Assembly: GCA_964016885.1 (NCBI GenBank)
Contig: OZ024746.1
Span: 63,860,001 to 63,924,000 of the forward strand
Origin: Eledone cirrhosa
Taxonomy: Eukaryota
Reading direction: 5' to 3'
DNA length: 64,000 nt
Below the pieces are notes generated by a model. That model was not told where the DNA came from and made no database searches. It saw only the letters and a program-made list of their open reading frames with translations. Each line of letters starts with the position of its first letter. Within the stretch, counting starts at the first letter, position 1. A program made the translations under genes and the position numbers. Of this stretch, positions 1 through 13,835 are shown piece by piece.

Positions 1-904
1 TTTCATTTTGTTTTAGACTGATCTACAAGATCTGAGACATCATTTGCTTACTGAGTGGGATGGCACTCGTTCAATTGGACCAAGGAAACAATATTTACAT
101 TAATCTTTCCATTACTGATACTATCTAATAGTTGCAACTACTGGCAGAAAGAGCAACATAAAATAAAGTGTCTTGCTCAAGGACATAAAGCATTACCTGG
201 TCCAGGAATCAAAATCACAACCTCACAATTGCTAATCCAATTTTCTAACCACAAAGCACACAAAGCACTAATAATATGTAAATTATTGCTCATTTCAGTG
301 CTAATACCATATTAGGTACAGTTTACAAGGCCTCCAGTTCGGTATTTATCTACTATGGTTTTTTATAATGAGATTTTTTGTTTGTTCGTAACGTTGAGTT
401 CAATACTCATAGGAATATAGTTTTAGTAAAGGAAGATCTTCTATCGGACTAATATGTTTTAGATCAATGTTTCCTAAAGTAGGTTCTGCAACATAACTCA
501 TCTTGTAATAAAATTTAATAATATCTTATTATTTTTCTTAATATAAATAAATTCTCTCTCATAAACAATGCATGCAAGATTCACACAAACGATTACAAAC
601 ACTGGTGAACAATATTGGTGCCTATGTAGAATTTAACTCTGTACTGTACTTTTATGATTATATTGTTCAAAATAAAAAATGTTTTTTGAAAATTGAGCAA
701 TAATTAATAAAGCTATAAACAATTTTAAAAAGGGAATTTTCCTCAATCAACCCTATATATATATATATATAGTGTGTGTGTGTGTCTGTGTGTGTGTTTG
801 TATGTATGCATGTGTGTATGTATATATATATATAGATGATTTCTCCCGAATGAAACAGTTCTAGTCCTGTAGAAGCCTTTTCTATATTAAATATATATAT
901 ATAT

Positions 905-1285
905 AATTGGTGTGGGATGCTTAAAGAGTCCGTAAGCAGCAGGCCGTTTGAGCACTAGATGCTTTTACAGAGCAGAGTATAATATCACATAAGAAACGGA
1001 GAATCAGTGGTGCGACGAATAAAATTTATTAGACATATTACAATCGTTTCTCTGGCGACCAGCTCGAGGCACGATCGATGCAATGATTGAACCTGACTCT
1101 GGAATTGCAAGGTCCTCAGATATGTCTCGATTCTTCCGAAGAATTGAGACATATCTGAGGACCTTGCGATTTCAGAGTCAGGTTTGATCATTGCATCGAT
1201 CGTGCCTCGAGCTGGTCGCCAGAGAAACGATTGTAATATGTCTAATACATTTTATTCGTCGCACCACTGATTCTCCGTTTCTTAT

Positions 1286-1292
<7 letters not shown>
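905..1292. mobile_element. Penelope-like pLTR-type non-autonomous element folded into a ~310-bp palindrome (arms 982-1136/1138-1292), within (TA)n
   Basis: Arms are near-perfect reverse complements centred at 1137; a single-arm homolog lies at 41731-41960; contains a hammerhead motif. Confidence 0.75.
1148..1242 (+). ncRNA. Type-I hammerhead ribozyme motif (long stem II)
   Basis: gacatat-CTGAGGA-[~60 nt]-GAAAC-gatt-GTA-atatgtc; stem I gacatat/atatgtc is perfect; mirror copy on the minus strand at ~1032-1126. Confidence 0.7.
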
Positions 1293-1320
<28 letters not shown>

Positions 1321-1324
1321 ATCA

Positions 1325-1666
1325 TCATTTCATCATCATTTCATTTTACGTCCGCTTTTTCCCTGCTTGCAAGGGTGGGACGGGAACTGATTCTGACTTG
1401 ATTCCTACAGCTGGATGCCCTTCCTAACATCAACCTCATTTACAGTGAGTGCTGGGTGCTTTTTTGCCGTGGCACCTCCACGACCACTTTGCAGTGGAAT
1501 GATAGGGACCCCAGTCCTTATCATCTCATTTCTACAGCTGAGTAAACTGGAGCAATGTGAAATAAAGTGTCTTGCTCAAGGAAACAACACATCACCCGGT
1601 CTGAGAATTGAACTCACAACCTTTCGATTGCAAGGCCAATGCTCTAACCACTAAGCCATGTGCCTC
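1325..1666 (-). mobile_element. tRNA-derived SINE (CORE-like body, RTE-derived 3' half, (GAT)n tail)
   Basis: On minus: A-box tggcttagtgg, B-box gagttcaattc, ccttgagcaagacacttt core, tail matching the RTE 3' end at 61364-61428; near-identical to 12445-12781 and 29257-29553. Confidence 0.85.
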
Positions 1667-1805
1667 TCTATATATATATATAGTAGGTAGTACAGTGAGA
1701 TACTGGTGTTGGTACCAAATCAAGCACTCTATGCACAGGCAGAGTGTATATAATAGAAAAACGAGGAAGTTTCGTTTACATATAAAAAATATTTATTCCA
1801 TATTG

Positions 1806-1897
1806 ATCTGTTACGCACGTTTCACAGAGGATTGGCTCAAGGTGACCTATAGTAGTTATGGACCTGACTCCAGTATCCATCTGCTCCTCAGACTGGT
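1806..1897 (-). ncRNA. Hammerhead-like motif in a short element between TA tracts (1681-1980)
   Basis: On minus: CTGAGGA-long imperfect hairpin (gcaga...tctgt)-GAAAC-gtgc-GTA; stem I weak. Confidence 0.5.
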
Positions 1898-2329
1898 GAT
1901 GTGACAAAAATATAGTGAAGAACTTTGTCACACACAGTACCAATTGTCAAACTGGTTTATTCACTCTGATATTATAGTGATATATATATATATAGAGAGA
2001 GTCCAGATTTGTGCCTCAGATGGTGATGTGGTGATTGAAGTATATGTACAAATAAAAAGCAAAGACATGTGGCTTAGAGGTTAGAGAATTGGATTTGCAA
2101 TCATGAGGTTGCAAGTTTGATTGCCAGACCGAGCAATGTGTTATGTCCTTGAGCAAGACACTTTATTTCCTATTGCCAGGAGTTGTGACTGGTAGATAGT
2201 ATTAGCAATAGAAAGACAAATGAAAACATTGTTTCCTTTGTCCAGCTTGATGAGTTCTACCCCACTTGGTAAGTGAATGAGGTGTGGGATCTTGTTGATT
2301 GTTTTGATCGATCAACAAAAGTAAAAGTT

Positions 2330-3022
2330 CTATGTAAATAATGTGAAAACCAAGTGACATCTTTTGATGATAAGAAAACAAAAAAGAAAGTGATTAAGTG
2401 AGAATTGTATTGGGGAGGGGTGTTGAAGGTGAGAGTGTGTTGTGGGTGGGGGATGGGTGTTGTGGTGGTCAGATAAGGTTAAATGAATTAAATGACCATT
2501 AGTGAAAAAATTGTGACATCCCCCAATAAAGTGGTAAAGAAGGTCAAATATATTTGTTTGTACATCATTGAAAAAAAACAATAAATTGATAAGGAGATAA
2601 ATTGGAGGATAAGAACCTTAGGTGTCATGATTACTCATGCACACACACACACTCATACACACACATACACATACATACACACACACACACTCACACACAC
2701 ACTCATACAGACATAGGTGAGGGTGGAGTGAAAAGGGTGTGTGAACAAATGAGAAAATTGTGTGTAAAACAAGTGAATAGCAAGTGTTATCTTTTGATGA
2801 TAAGAAAACCAAAAAGTGATTAAGGAAGAATTACATTGGTGGGGTGGTGGGTAGGTGGGAGAGAAGGCTGTGGTGATGGCCAGATAAGATTACATGAATT
2901 AATTGACCATTAGGGAAAGAATTTTGATGATCTACAATAAAATGGTAAAAAAAGATCAAATTTTCTTGTTTGTACATCATTGAGAAAACAATAAAATGTC
3001 AAGGAAATAATAGGAGAACCTT
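2330..3022. repeat. Diverged direct duplication (~2330-2620 vs ~2760-3022) separated by (CA)n
   Basis: Shared blocks tcttttgatgataagaaaac, gaccattag, ttgtttgtacatcattga, agaacctt. Confidence 0.7.
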
Positions 3023-3044
3023 GTGCATATATATATATATATAT

Positions 3045-3335
3045 ATTATGGATTATATGTGATGTATATTATATTATATGGTATATATTATGTGTTGTGT
3101 ATTGATGTCGACGTGATGGTCCAGGTTAGTAAAAAAATGTTTCCTGAGTTCAGTCTTTTTCGTCGCTATGGTCACTGTGGCCCTTCTATTGGTCGCTGTC
3201 TTCAATTTGCAAAGCTGTCTAAATGTAATGTTATAACTCTAGGGTTATATACCCTATCGAGTGCTTAGCTGCACACCGAAACTGCATTCGTTAGCTTGGC
3301 TGCACCCATGGCTTCGTTGATGCTGTACTAAATTT
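3045..3335. mobile_element. Unclassified interspersed repeat in (TA)n, second copy at ~31170-31410
   Basis: Shared gatggtccaggt...cttcaatttgca..gctgt.taaa.gtaatgttataactcta.ggt...gagtgctt...actgcattc. Confidence 0.65.
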
Positions 3336-3540
3336 TATATATATATATATAAATATATAAATATATATATATATCATCATCATCCTCAACATCATTTAAT
3401 GTCCATTTTTTCCACGCTAGCATGGGTTAGATAAATTGTCCTGTTGTGAGCAATGCTAGGTCAGGTGACCATGTCTTGTTCATACATAACTGATTCTAGC
3501 TTGGTTTCTGCAGCTGGATGCCCTTCCTAACGCCAGCCTC

Positions 3541-4705
3541 ATTTACAGTGTGGACTGGGTGCTTTTTATTGTGACACCTACATGACCACTTTATAGTGTG
3601 GATTGGGTGCTTTTTGTTGTGACACCTACATGACCACTTTACAGTGTGGATTGGGTGCTTTTTGTTGTGACACCTACATGACCACTTTACAGTGTGGATT
3701 GGGTGCTTTTTGTTGTGACACCTACATGACCACTTTACAGTGTGGATTGGGTGCTTTTTGTTGTGACACCTACATGACCACTTTATAGTGTGGATTGGGT
3801 GCTTTTTATTGTGACACCTACATGACCACTTTATAGTGTGGATTGGGTGCTTTTTGTTGTGACACCTACATGACCACTTTACAGTGTGGATTGGGTGCTT
3901 TTTATTGTGACACCTACATGACCACTTTACAGTGTGGACTGGGTGCTTTTTGATGTGACACCTACATGACCACTTTACAGTGTGAATTGGGTGCTTTTTG
4001 ATGTGACACCTACATGACCACTTTACAGTGTGGATTGGGTGCTTTTTATTGTGACACCTACATGACCACTTTACAGTGTGGATTGGGTGCTTTTTGTTGT
4101 GACACCTACATGACCACTTTACAGTGTGGATTGGGTGCTTTTTGTTGTGACACCTACATGACCACTTTACAGTGTGGATTGGGTGCTTTTTGATGTGACA
4201 CCTACATGACCACTTTACAGTGTGGATTGGGTGCTTTTTGATGTGACACCTACATGACCACTTTACAGTGTGGATTGGGTGCTTTTTGATGTGACACCTA
4301 CATGACCACTTTACAGTGTGGATTGGGTGCTTTTTATTGTGACACCTACATGACCACTTTACAGTGTGAATTGGGTGCTTTTTGATGTGACACCTACATG
4401 ACCACTTTACAGTGTGGATTGGGTGCTTTTTATTGTGACACCTACATGACCACTTTACAGTGTGGATTGGGTGCTTTTTGTTGTGACACCTACATGACCA
4501 CTTTACAGTGTGGATTGGGTGCTTTTTGTTGTGACACCTACATGACCACTTTATAGTGTGGATTGGGTGCTTTTTGTTGTGACACCTACATGACCACTTT
4601 ACAGTGTGGATTGGGTGCTTTTTGTTGTGATACCTACATGACCACTGTATAGTGTGGATTGGGTGCTTTTTGTTGTGACACCTACATGAGCACTTTATAG
4701 TGTGG
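3541..4705. repeat. 45-bp minisatellite (~26 copies) expanded inside an RTE-derived non-autonomous element (3373-4720, minus)
   Basis: Unit TTTACAGTGTGGATTGGGTGCTTTTTGTTGTGACACCTACATGACCAC-type; preceded by ctggatgcccttcctaac and a (CAT)n tail. Confidence 0.95.
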
Positions 4706-5042
4706 GCTGGAGGCTTCACTGGATGTATATTCCAGCCTGTCCTCATGTGCATGAGATAAAGTAACATCTAGTGGTCTCTAGTAAGCACTACTTTTCCCGT
4801 CCCCATTCCATACTCCTTCAACATTTCCATCACTCCACCCATCACCAGCTTAGTACCCCACCCTAGATCTACCTCTCTAACCCCCATCCTACAATCATGA
4901 TCCTCCACCCCCACTTTCCACATCTGACGCACCTCTCTTGACCAATCCATGTATACATAGAAAATAGACATTAAACAGTGTTGTTGATGATGATGATATA
5001 TACACACCTACACACTTTTACTTGTTCTTGTCAATATATATC

Positions 5043-5327
5043 TAAAGTCTAAAGTCCGTCTTAAGCCAGAAGGCTCATTTGGCCGGTGATTATACCGGTT
5101 TCGTGGTGTGAAGTGATTGAGAGTACAAGACTCCCCCCTGGACAGGACGCCAGTCCATCAAAGAGTTAAACCCCCAGCTATTGCTGGTACTCATTTTCAG
5201 CTGAGTATACTGGAGCAACGTGAAATGAAGTGTTTTGTTCAAGAACACAACACGCAACCCAGGAATCGAACCCATGACATTATGATCGTAAATCCAACAC
5301 CCTTACCACTGGGCCACATGCCTCCAC
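5043..5327 (-). mobile_element. tRNA-derived CORE-like SINE (second family); homolog at 49288-49568
   Basis: On minus: gaggcatgtggcccagtggt...gggttcgattcctgg...ttcttgaacaaaacacttcatttcacgttgctccag. Confidence 0.8.
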
Positions 5328-6096
5328 TAGCCAGTATATGTATATGTTAGTGGTTATGCTGGTGCCTTGCTTTGAATGGATTTAGTTAATGATTTTGACA
5401 CCAGTACTTAGAGTAACATACAGATGTACACATAATACATATCCCATATAAACCTTGACATATGTTATTATACTTAATAACCAATTTCACAGTAATATCA
5501 CACAGCCACAAAGAGAACTTAGAGAACTTCACACCAAAACATGCATAAAGCAGACCTGCCAACTCCAAACAGCGAGTATCATGAAATAAAGTGCCCTAAA
5601 ATGGGGAGAAATGAAGCAAAATGGTAAGATTTTACATAATGAAAGCTATACTCATTTTCGCAAGAGAAGACATCTCTCACCCACCCCAAAGTAGGTGGGA
5701 GTTCTCCCTGTTGGATGGGGAGAGTTAACAGATCTACATAAAGGCATACACACACTAGTATATACACACATAATTAGCATTTGACTCTAATATACAACAT
5801 AATGCACCATATTAGCAAGAATCATTCACCTGAATTAGGAAAAATATTTAATTAATAGCCGATTAACTATATCATTAGCAAGAATTAACACCATGGCATT
5901 ATGAAAACACAAAGTTAATTAAGACACATGGTTATCCACACTCGCACCTAATGGGATCTCATCTTAATATCATCGGCCATCTTTGTTTACATTTGCTTGA
6001 AAGAAAATGATGCATTTGAATGCACTGATGCGATGCAGAATCGAAGCCAGAAGCAAAGTTGGAAACAAGAGATAGTAACATTTATCTATTGAAGAT

Positions 6097-6150
<54 letters not shown>

Positions 6151-6419
6151 ACATATATGCATATATGTGTGCCTGTCATTATCATTATCACTCTAGCTTT
6201 CTATTGCTATCAACCCTTCATCACTACATCTAACTTCAGTCATGATACCTGAGTGATTAGGGAAGGCATTGGGTATCTCTCCATATTTGGTACCATCACT
6301 ATATACTAATAATCCATTCCTCACTCTCACACTCCCACTCTCTCTTTATCAATAAAACTTTGTTGACACTTACCAATCAATCATATCTATAGAAAATACC
6401 TCCACCTTCTACTGCCAAC

Positions 6420-6450
<31 letters not shown>

Positions 6451-7477
6451 TCATCATTCTCTTAGCTCTGAGACCTAGCTGTCGTGGTGTGAAGCGACTG
6501 AGAGTACAAGACTCCCCCCTGGACAGGACGCCAGTCCATCAAAGAGTTAAACTCCCAGCTATTGCTGGTACTCATTTTCAGCTGAGTATACTGGAGCAAC
6601 GTGAAATGAAGTGTTTTGTTCAAGAACACAACACGCAACCCAGGAATCGAACCCATGACATTATGATCGTAAGTCCAACACCCTTACCACTAGGCCACAT
6701 GCCTCCACTAGCCAGTATATGTATATGTTAGTGGTTATGCTGGTGCCTTGCTTTGAAGGGATTTAGTTAATGATTTTGACACCAGTACTTAGAGTAACAT
6801 ACAGATGTACACATAATACATATCCCATATAAACCTTGACATATGTTATTATACTTAATAACCAATTTCACAGTAATATCACACAGCCACAAAGAGAACT
6901 TAGAGAACTTCACACCAAAACATGCATAAAGCAGACCTGCCAACTCCAAACGGCGAGTATCATGAAATAAAGTGCCCTAAAATGGGGAGAAATGAAGCAA
7001 AATGGTAAGATTTTACATAATGAAAGCTATACTCATTTTCGCAAGAGAAGACATCTCTCACCCACCCCAAAGTAGGTGGGAGTTCTCCCTGTTGGATGGG
7101 GAGAGTTAACAGATCTACATAAAGGCATACACACACTAGTATATACACACATAATTAGCATTTGACTCTAATATACAACATAATGCACCATATTAGCAAG
7201 AATCATTCACCTGAATTAGGAAAAATATTTAATTAATAGCCGATTAACTATATCATTAGCAAGAATTAACACCATGGCATTATGAAAACACAAAGTTAAT
7301 TAAGACACATGGTTATCCACACTCGCACCTAATGGGATCTCATCTTAATATCATCGGCCATCTTTGTTTACATTTGCTTGAAAGAAAATGATGCATTTGA
7401 ATGCACTGATGCGATGCAGAATCGAAGCCAGAAGCAAAGTTGGAAACAAGAGATAGTAACATTTATCTATTGAAGAT

Positions 7478-7545
<68 letters not shown>

Positions 7546-7814
7546 ACATATATGCATATATGTGTGCCTGTCATTATCATTATCACTCTAGCTTTCTATT
7601 GCTATCAACCCTTCATCACTACATCTAACTTCAGTCATGATACCTGAGTGATTAGGGAAGGCATTGGGTATCTCTCCATATTTGGTACCATCACTATATA
7701 CTAATAATCCATTCCTCACTCTCACACTCCCACTCTCTCTTTATCAATAAAACTTTGTTGACACTTACCAATCAATCATATCTATAGAAAATACCTCCAC
7801 CTTCTACTGCCAAC

Positions 7815-7845
<31 letters not shown>

Positions 7846-8872
7846 TCATCATTCTCTTAGCTCTGAGACCTAGCTGTCGTGGTGTGAAGCGACTGAGAGT
7901 ACAAGACTCCCCCCTGGACAGGACGCCAGTCCATCAAAGAGTTAAACTCCCAGCTATTGCTGGTACTCATTTTCAGCTGAGTATACTGGAGCAACGTGAA
8001 ATGAAGTGTTTTGTTCAAGAACACAACACGCAACCCAGGAATCGAACCCATGACATTATGATCGTAAGTCCAACACCCTTACCACTAGGCCACATGCCTC
8101 CACTAGCCAGTATATGTATATGTTAGTGGTTATGCTGGTGCCTTGCTTTGAAGGGATTTAGTTAATGATTTTGACACCAGTACTTAGAGTAACATACAGA
8201 TGTACACATAATACATATCCCATATAAACCTTGACATATGTTATTATACTTAATAACCAATTTCACAGTAATATCACACAGCCACAAAGAGAACTTAGAG
8301 AACTTCACACCAAAACATGCATAAAGCAGACCTGCCAACTCCAAACGGCGAGTATCATGAAATAAAGTGCCCTAAAATGGGGAGAAATGAGGCAAAATGG
8401 TAAGATTTTACATAATGAAAGCTATACTCATTTTCGCAAGAGAAGACATCTCTCACCCACCCCAAAGTAGGTGGGAGTTCTCCCTGTTGGATGGGGAGAG
8501 TTAACAGATCTACATAAAGGCATACACACACTAGTATATACACACATAATTAGCATTTGACTCTAATATACAACATAATGCACCATATTAGCAAGAATCA
8601 TTCACCTGAATTAGGAAAAACATTTAATTAATAGCCGATTAACTATATCATTAGCAAGAATTAACACCATGGCATTATGAAAACACAAAGTTAATTAAGA
8701 CACATGGTTATCCACACTCGCACTTAATGGGATCTCATGTTAATATCATCGGCCATCTTTGTTTACATTTGCTTGAAAGAAAATGATGCATTTGAATGCA
8801 CTGATGCGATGCAGAATCGAAGCCAGAAGCAAAGTTGGAAACAAGAGATAGTAACATTTATCTATTGAAGAT

Positions 8873-8932
<60 letters not shown>

Positions 8933-9613
8933 ACACACACACACACACACTCACACATATATGCATATATGTGTGCATGTCATTATCATTATCACTCTAG
9001 CTTTCTATTGCTATCAACCCTTCATCACTACATCTAACTTCTATCATGATACCTGAGTGATTAGGGAAGGCATTGGGTATCTCTCCATATTTGGTACCAT
9101 CACTATATACTAATAATCCATTCCTCACTCTCACACTCCCACTCTCTCTTTCTCAATAAAACTTTGTTGACATTTACCAATCAATCATATCTATAGAAAA
9201 TACCTCCACCTTCTACTGCCAACCATCATCATCATCATCATCTCATCATTCTCTTAGCTCTGAGACCTAGCTGTCGTGGTGTGAAGCGACTGAGAGTACA
9301 AGACTCCCCCCTGGACAGGATGCCAGTCCATCAAAGAGTTAAACTCCCAGCTATTGCTGGTACTCATTTTCAGCTGAGTATACTGGAGCAACGTGAAATG
9401 AAGTGTTTTGTTCAAGAACACAACACGCAACCCAGGAATCGAATCCATGACATTATGATCGTAAGTCCAACAACCTGACCACTAGGCCACATGTCTCCAC
9501 TAGCCAGTATATGTATATGTTAGTGGTTATGCTGGTGCGTTGCTTTGAAGGGCATCATCATCATCATCATCATCATCATTTCATCATTCTCTTACCTCTG
9601 AGACCTAGCTGTC
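5101..9613. repeat. ~1.39-kb tandem duplication, 3 full units plus a deleted fourth
   Basis: tcgtggtgtgaag recurs at 5101, 6482, 7877, 9274; units are near-identical except (CA)n/(CAT)n lengths; each begins in a minus-strand SINE. Confidence 0.95.
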
Positions 9614-11134
9614 ATCCACAACTATAACCTTTACATTTCTCTATCATTAGCTCTCTCACTCCAATTGCTCTATCCCCTACCAACAACTGACATGTAGCTG
9701 CCACTGTCCTCCCCACTACCATTCTATCATTCTACCTCCACTTCTCACTCATGTTCATCTTCATATTCTCCCATTCTTCTCTATAAAACTTGTAGCTGTC
9801 ATTGTTATCCACTACTCTTACCATATCACACATTTCTGTTGCTATCCAGCAGCAGCTCTTTCCCATTGCTCAATCTCCTACCAGCAACATGTAACTATCC
9901 CTATCCCTCTACCACTCTTTTGCTTCCCTTCCATATCACTTTCCTCCTCACACACATACTTTCTCCTCATTTAACCTGTTGTCCATTTGTCCCCTTTTCA
10001 AAAATACATTTTCTGGTACTTTTGTCACGAAAGAAAAGCCCACACTAGACTGTTATTTGTTCCTGAATACATGTTATCAATGAGACATGCAATGTTTACA
10101 ATAACTATCACATATATTAACCTTAACCAGAGATTCTATCAATCAATGTCTGACTTAATACAGCAAAAATTTGCTCATAATTGTTGATATGAAGTAATCA
10201 GCAAACAAAATTGACATTAGGAGCAATAAAGCCTTCTTTCTTTCTTTTGTTTTGGTGGTGGTGGTATTGTTGTTGTTGGTGGTGGGGTTGCATCAATTAG
10301 AATATTGATACTATAAATAGAAACTAACATTGCATGTGAAACAGTGAATGGGTGGTTTAAAATGTGTTTTCATTTTCTGAAAAATTTGTAATGCTTGATT
10401 TTAATTTATTAAAATTCAGATTTAAAATATTCTTTTTTAATTGAAAATGAAATTGCAAGATCCTGTCTGAATGTTTTTCCAAACATAACAATCCAAAGAC
10501 TGGACCCCCCCCCCCAACCACCAACAAAAAAACAAAAAAACAACAACAAAAAACAAAAAACAAAAAACAAAAAATGAATATTGAAGGAAGTTTTAATACA
10601 TCTACAATTCAATGATAAGTCATTGTTCTCCTGTGACAACATGACTGTGTGTACAAACTAAATAGTAAAACTTTAGCTTCCAAGAAAACTCTCATAACCC
10701 AGTGATGTAGCTACTATGAGGTAAATAAAGGCTGTCTATAAAAAAGCCTAGTCTTTGTGGGTCTGAGAAAGTATCAAATTGGAGACTGGCACAAATGAAA
10801 CCACCAAAGCACTGCAGTATGGCTAGACATAAGAAAGGATGTCGTACTGCATTGTTCTTTGCATGTGATAACAAGGAATGTGTTTAGCCTTAGGTAGAGG
10901 GGTCTGTTTGAAAAATATATTGCAGTCTCCACCCAATGCTGTAGAAACTGGCGATTGACGTGTGACTTGTCCTGGGAGGTGTGGGATGGAAGCACAAAGA
11001 TTATATATCATGAGAGGGCCCAAAAGGGAGAAAACCTAGACAACTGGTAACTGGAATGTTACAACCCTTACAGGCAAGGAGCAGGAACTAGTGGAGGAGG
11101 CCAGATGTGACTGACTAGATATAGTCAGGGTTTC

Positions 11135-11183
11135 CATTGTATGCCTACGCCATCTTTCTGAAAGATGGCGTAGGCATACAATG
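11135..11183. repeat. Perfect 23-bp hairpin following a CAGGGTTTC start (possible DNA-transposon end)
   Basis: cattgtatgcctacgccatcttt-ctg-aaagatggcgtaggcatacaatg. Confidence 0.8.
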
Positions 11184-11187
11184 CAAC

Positions 11188-11490
11188 GGGAGGAAACATA
11201 ATAACACCACTGATGATGTTGCAGATGTGCAACGAAAGAACTTTGATAGACTATATATATGGTGTTTGTGTCTATATTGTATCTGTATTTTTGACCGTTG
11301 GTCAGTCAATGGTAACATTGAGGACCGAATAAATTAAATTAACCAATATAAAAGACACAGAAGCGAAAACCAACCAAACAGTGAGTGTGTTCTGTTATTA
11401 TTTCTGGCAATATTATTACACAAATATGACCCTCCCCAAGTATAACAATATTTGTTTCGACACACGATTTCATATCAAAAACCTCGCAAA
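11188..11490 (+). mobile_element. Short repeat with hammerhead-like core; second copy at ~39375-39630
   Basis: CTGATGA-tgttgca-gatg-tgcaac-GAAAG; downstream ~250 bp shared by both copies. Confidence 0.55.
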
Positions 11491-11497
11491 ACTATAT

Positions 11498-11732
11498 ATG
11501 GAAACTATATTTATAAAACCATATTTATTTCATTATATATATATATATATTTCAGGGAAACGGCATAGCATATTGTTATCCCTGAAATATATATATAATG
11601 AAATAAATATGGTTTTATAAATATAGTTTCCATTTATTTAATATTGTAAATATACTCCAAATATTTGTCGAGTGCTTTTATATCAGTTATAAATATTTAC
11701 TAGTTGTAACACAACAATTTAAATATAACTTT

Positions 11733-11734
<2 letters not shown>
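11498..11734. mobile_element. pLTR-family fold-back (arms ~11498-11557/11580-11633), same family as 25396-25684, 50990-51158 and 51906-52360
   Basis: atggaaactatatttataaaaccatatttatttcattat and its reverse complement flank a short loop. Confidence 0.75.
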
Positions 11735-11769
<35 letters not shown>

Positions 11770-11772
<3 letters not shown>

Positions 11773-12165
11773 CGAGTTCAATTCTCGGACCGGGTGATGT
11801 GTTGTTTCCTTGAGCAAGACACTTTATTTCACATTGCTCCAGTTTACTCACCTGTAGAAATGAGATGATAGGACTGGGGTCCCTATCATTCCACTGCAAA
11901 GTGGTCATGGAGGTGCCATGGCAAAAATAAAGCACCCACCCCACACTGTAAAGTTGACGTGTAGGTGCCACAGAAACAAAGCACCCAGCACTCACTGTAA
12001 ATGAGGTTGGGGTTAGGAAGGGCATCCAGCTGTAGAAATCAAGCCAGAATCAGTTCCCGTATGAGCAAGACAAGGTCAGCTGACTGGACACTGCCCACAA
12101 CAGGGCAACCCGTCTAACCCATGCTAGCATGGAAGAACGGACCTAAAACGGTGATGATGATGTTC
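11770..12165 (+). mobile_element. 5'-truncated CORE/RTE SINE with two copies of the 45-bp module
   Basis: gagttcaattc, ccttgagcaagacac, two aaagcaccca...ctgtaaa modules, aggaagggcatccagctg, (GAT)n. Confidence 0.8.
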
Positions 12166-12326
12166 ATCATCATCATTTTACGTCCACTCTTCCCTGCTTG
12201 CAAAGGTTGGATGGGTCCTATTCAGCACAGCATCTCTCCACTTGTCATCTCCTCCGTGAGTTTCAGCAACCTGAGGTCTGCTCTCACCACCTCTGCCCAT
12301 GTTCTATATATAATATATCTAACCTA

Positions 12327-12374
<48 letters not shown>

Positions 12375-12444
12375 TCATATATATCTATCTTTCATCATCA
12401 TATATATAAATCTATCATCCTCATCATTTTTTCATCATTCATTT

Positions 12445-12781
12445 CATTTTCATTTCATTTTACGTCCGCTTTTCCCTGCTTGCAAGAGTGGGACGGGAAC
12501 TGATTTTGACTTGATTTCTACAGGTGGATGCCCTTCCTAACACCAACCTCATTTACAGTGAGTGCTGGGTGCTTTTTTGCCGTGGCGCCTACACGTCCAC
12601 TTTGCAGTGGAATGATAGGGACCCCAGTCCCTATCATCTCATTTCTACAGCTGAGTAAACTGGAGCAATGTGAAATAAAGTGTCTTGTTCAAGGAAACAA
12701 CACATCACCCGGTCTGAGAATTGAACTCACAACCTTTCGATTGCAAGGCCAATGCTCTAACCACTAAGCCATGTGCCTCCA
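12445..12781 (-). mobile_element. CORE/RTE SINE, full length
   Basis: Near-identical to 1325-1666. Confidence 0.85.
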
Positions 12782-13165
12782 CATATATATACACACACAC
12801 ACATATATACATATACATACACAAAGACACAAAACACAAATAAACAGCTATGTGTGTTGCATAGCAGAAAATTAAAATGGCAACCTTACAATTTTAAAAA
12901 TATAAATTTTACATTGCTAATAACTGTAAATAATACTAACAATAAAAACAGTTGTAAATGTAAAATATCTTCAGTTTCCATTGCAGTCATAGAGTGACTG
13001 GCTGTAAAATTTACTGCTGAAACTGTTTTTAAATGGCTTCTTATGTCGTTGATGATATGTTTTTCATGGAACTTTTAATTTTTTGGTGGTACTACAGCAG
13101 TGACAGCAGTAACAACTTCAGCAACAATAAAAATATTAACAACTTACGAATACACATACACACAT

Positions 13166-13265
<100 letters not shown>

Positions 13266-13835
13266 ATTCATAGGACACACACATATATATATACATACAC
13301 ACAGTGACACATAAATATATCTACATATGTACATATGTACAAGCACATACATACATGCAAATACATGTATATGCATACATACATACAAATACATGTATAC
13401 GCACACATACATACAAACAAATACATGTATACGCACAATACATACACACATATACACAATCACACATAAATGTATACAAACACATACAAACACATACATA
13501 CATATAAATACACATATACGCACACATACATACACAAATACATCTATACACACATATATGCACACATACACACTCATTCATAGACACATACACATACATA
13601 GACACAATCACACAAATATATATACACAGACATACGTATGTACAAACACATACATACAAATACACATGTACACATACGTACACACATACAAACACACAAT
13701 CACATACATACACATACACACACACATACACATGTACAAACACATACATACATACACACAAATAGTGCTGTTATGAGAGTGTGTAATCATTGTAAAAAAA
13801 GTTTTTTTTCTTTTTTCCTTTGTTTCATTTGATTG

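Noticed and set aside
3496-4767. CRISPR array or Cys/His-rich metal-binding repeat protein
   Set aside because: No unique spacers; pure 45-bp tandem derived from a SINE/RTE module; the ORF is incidental
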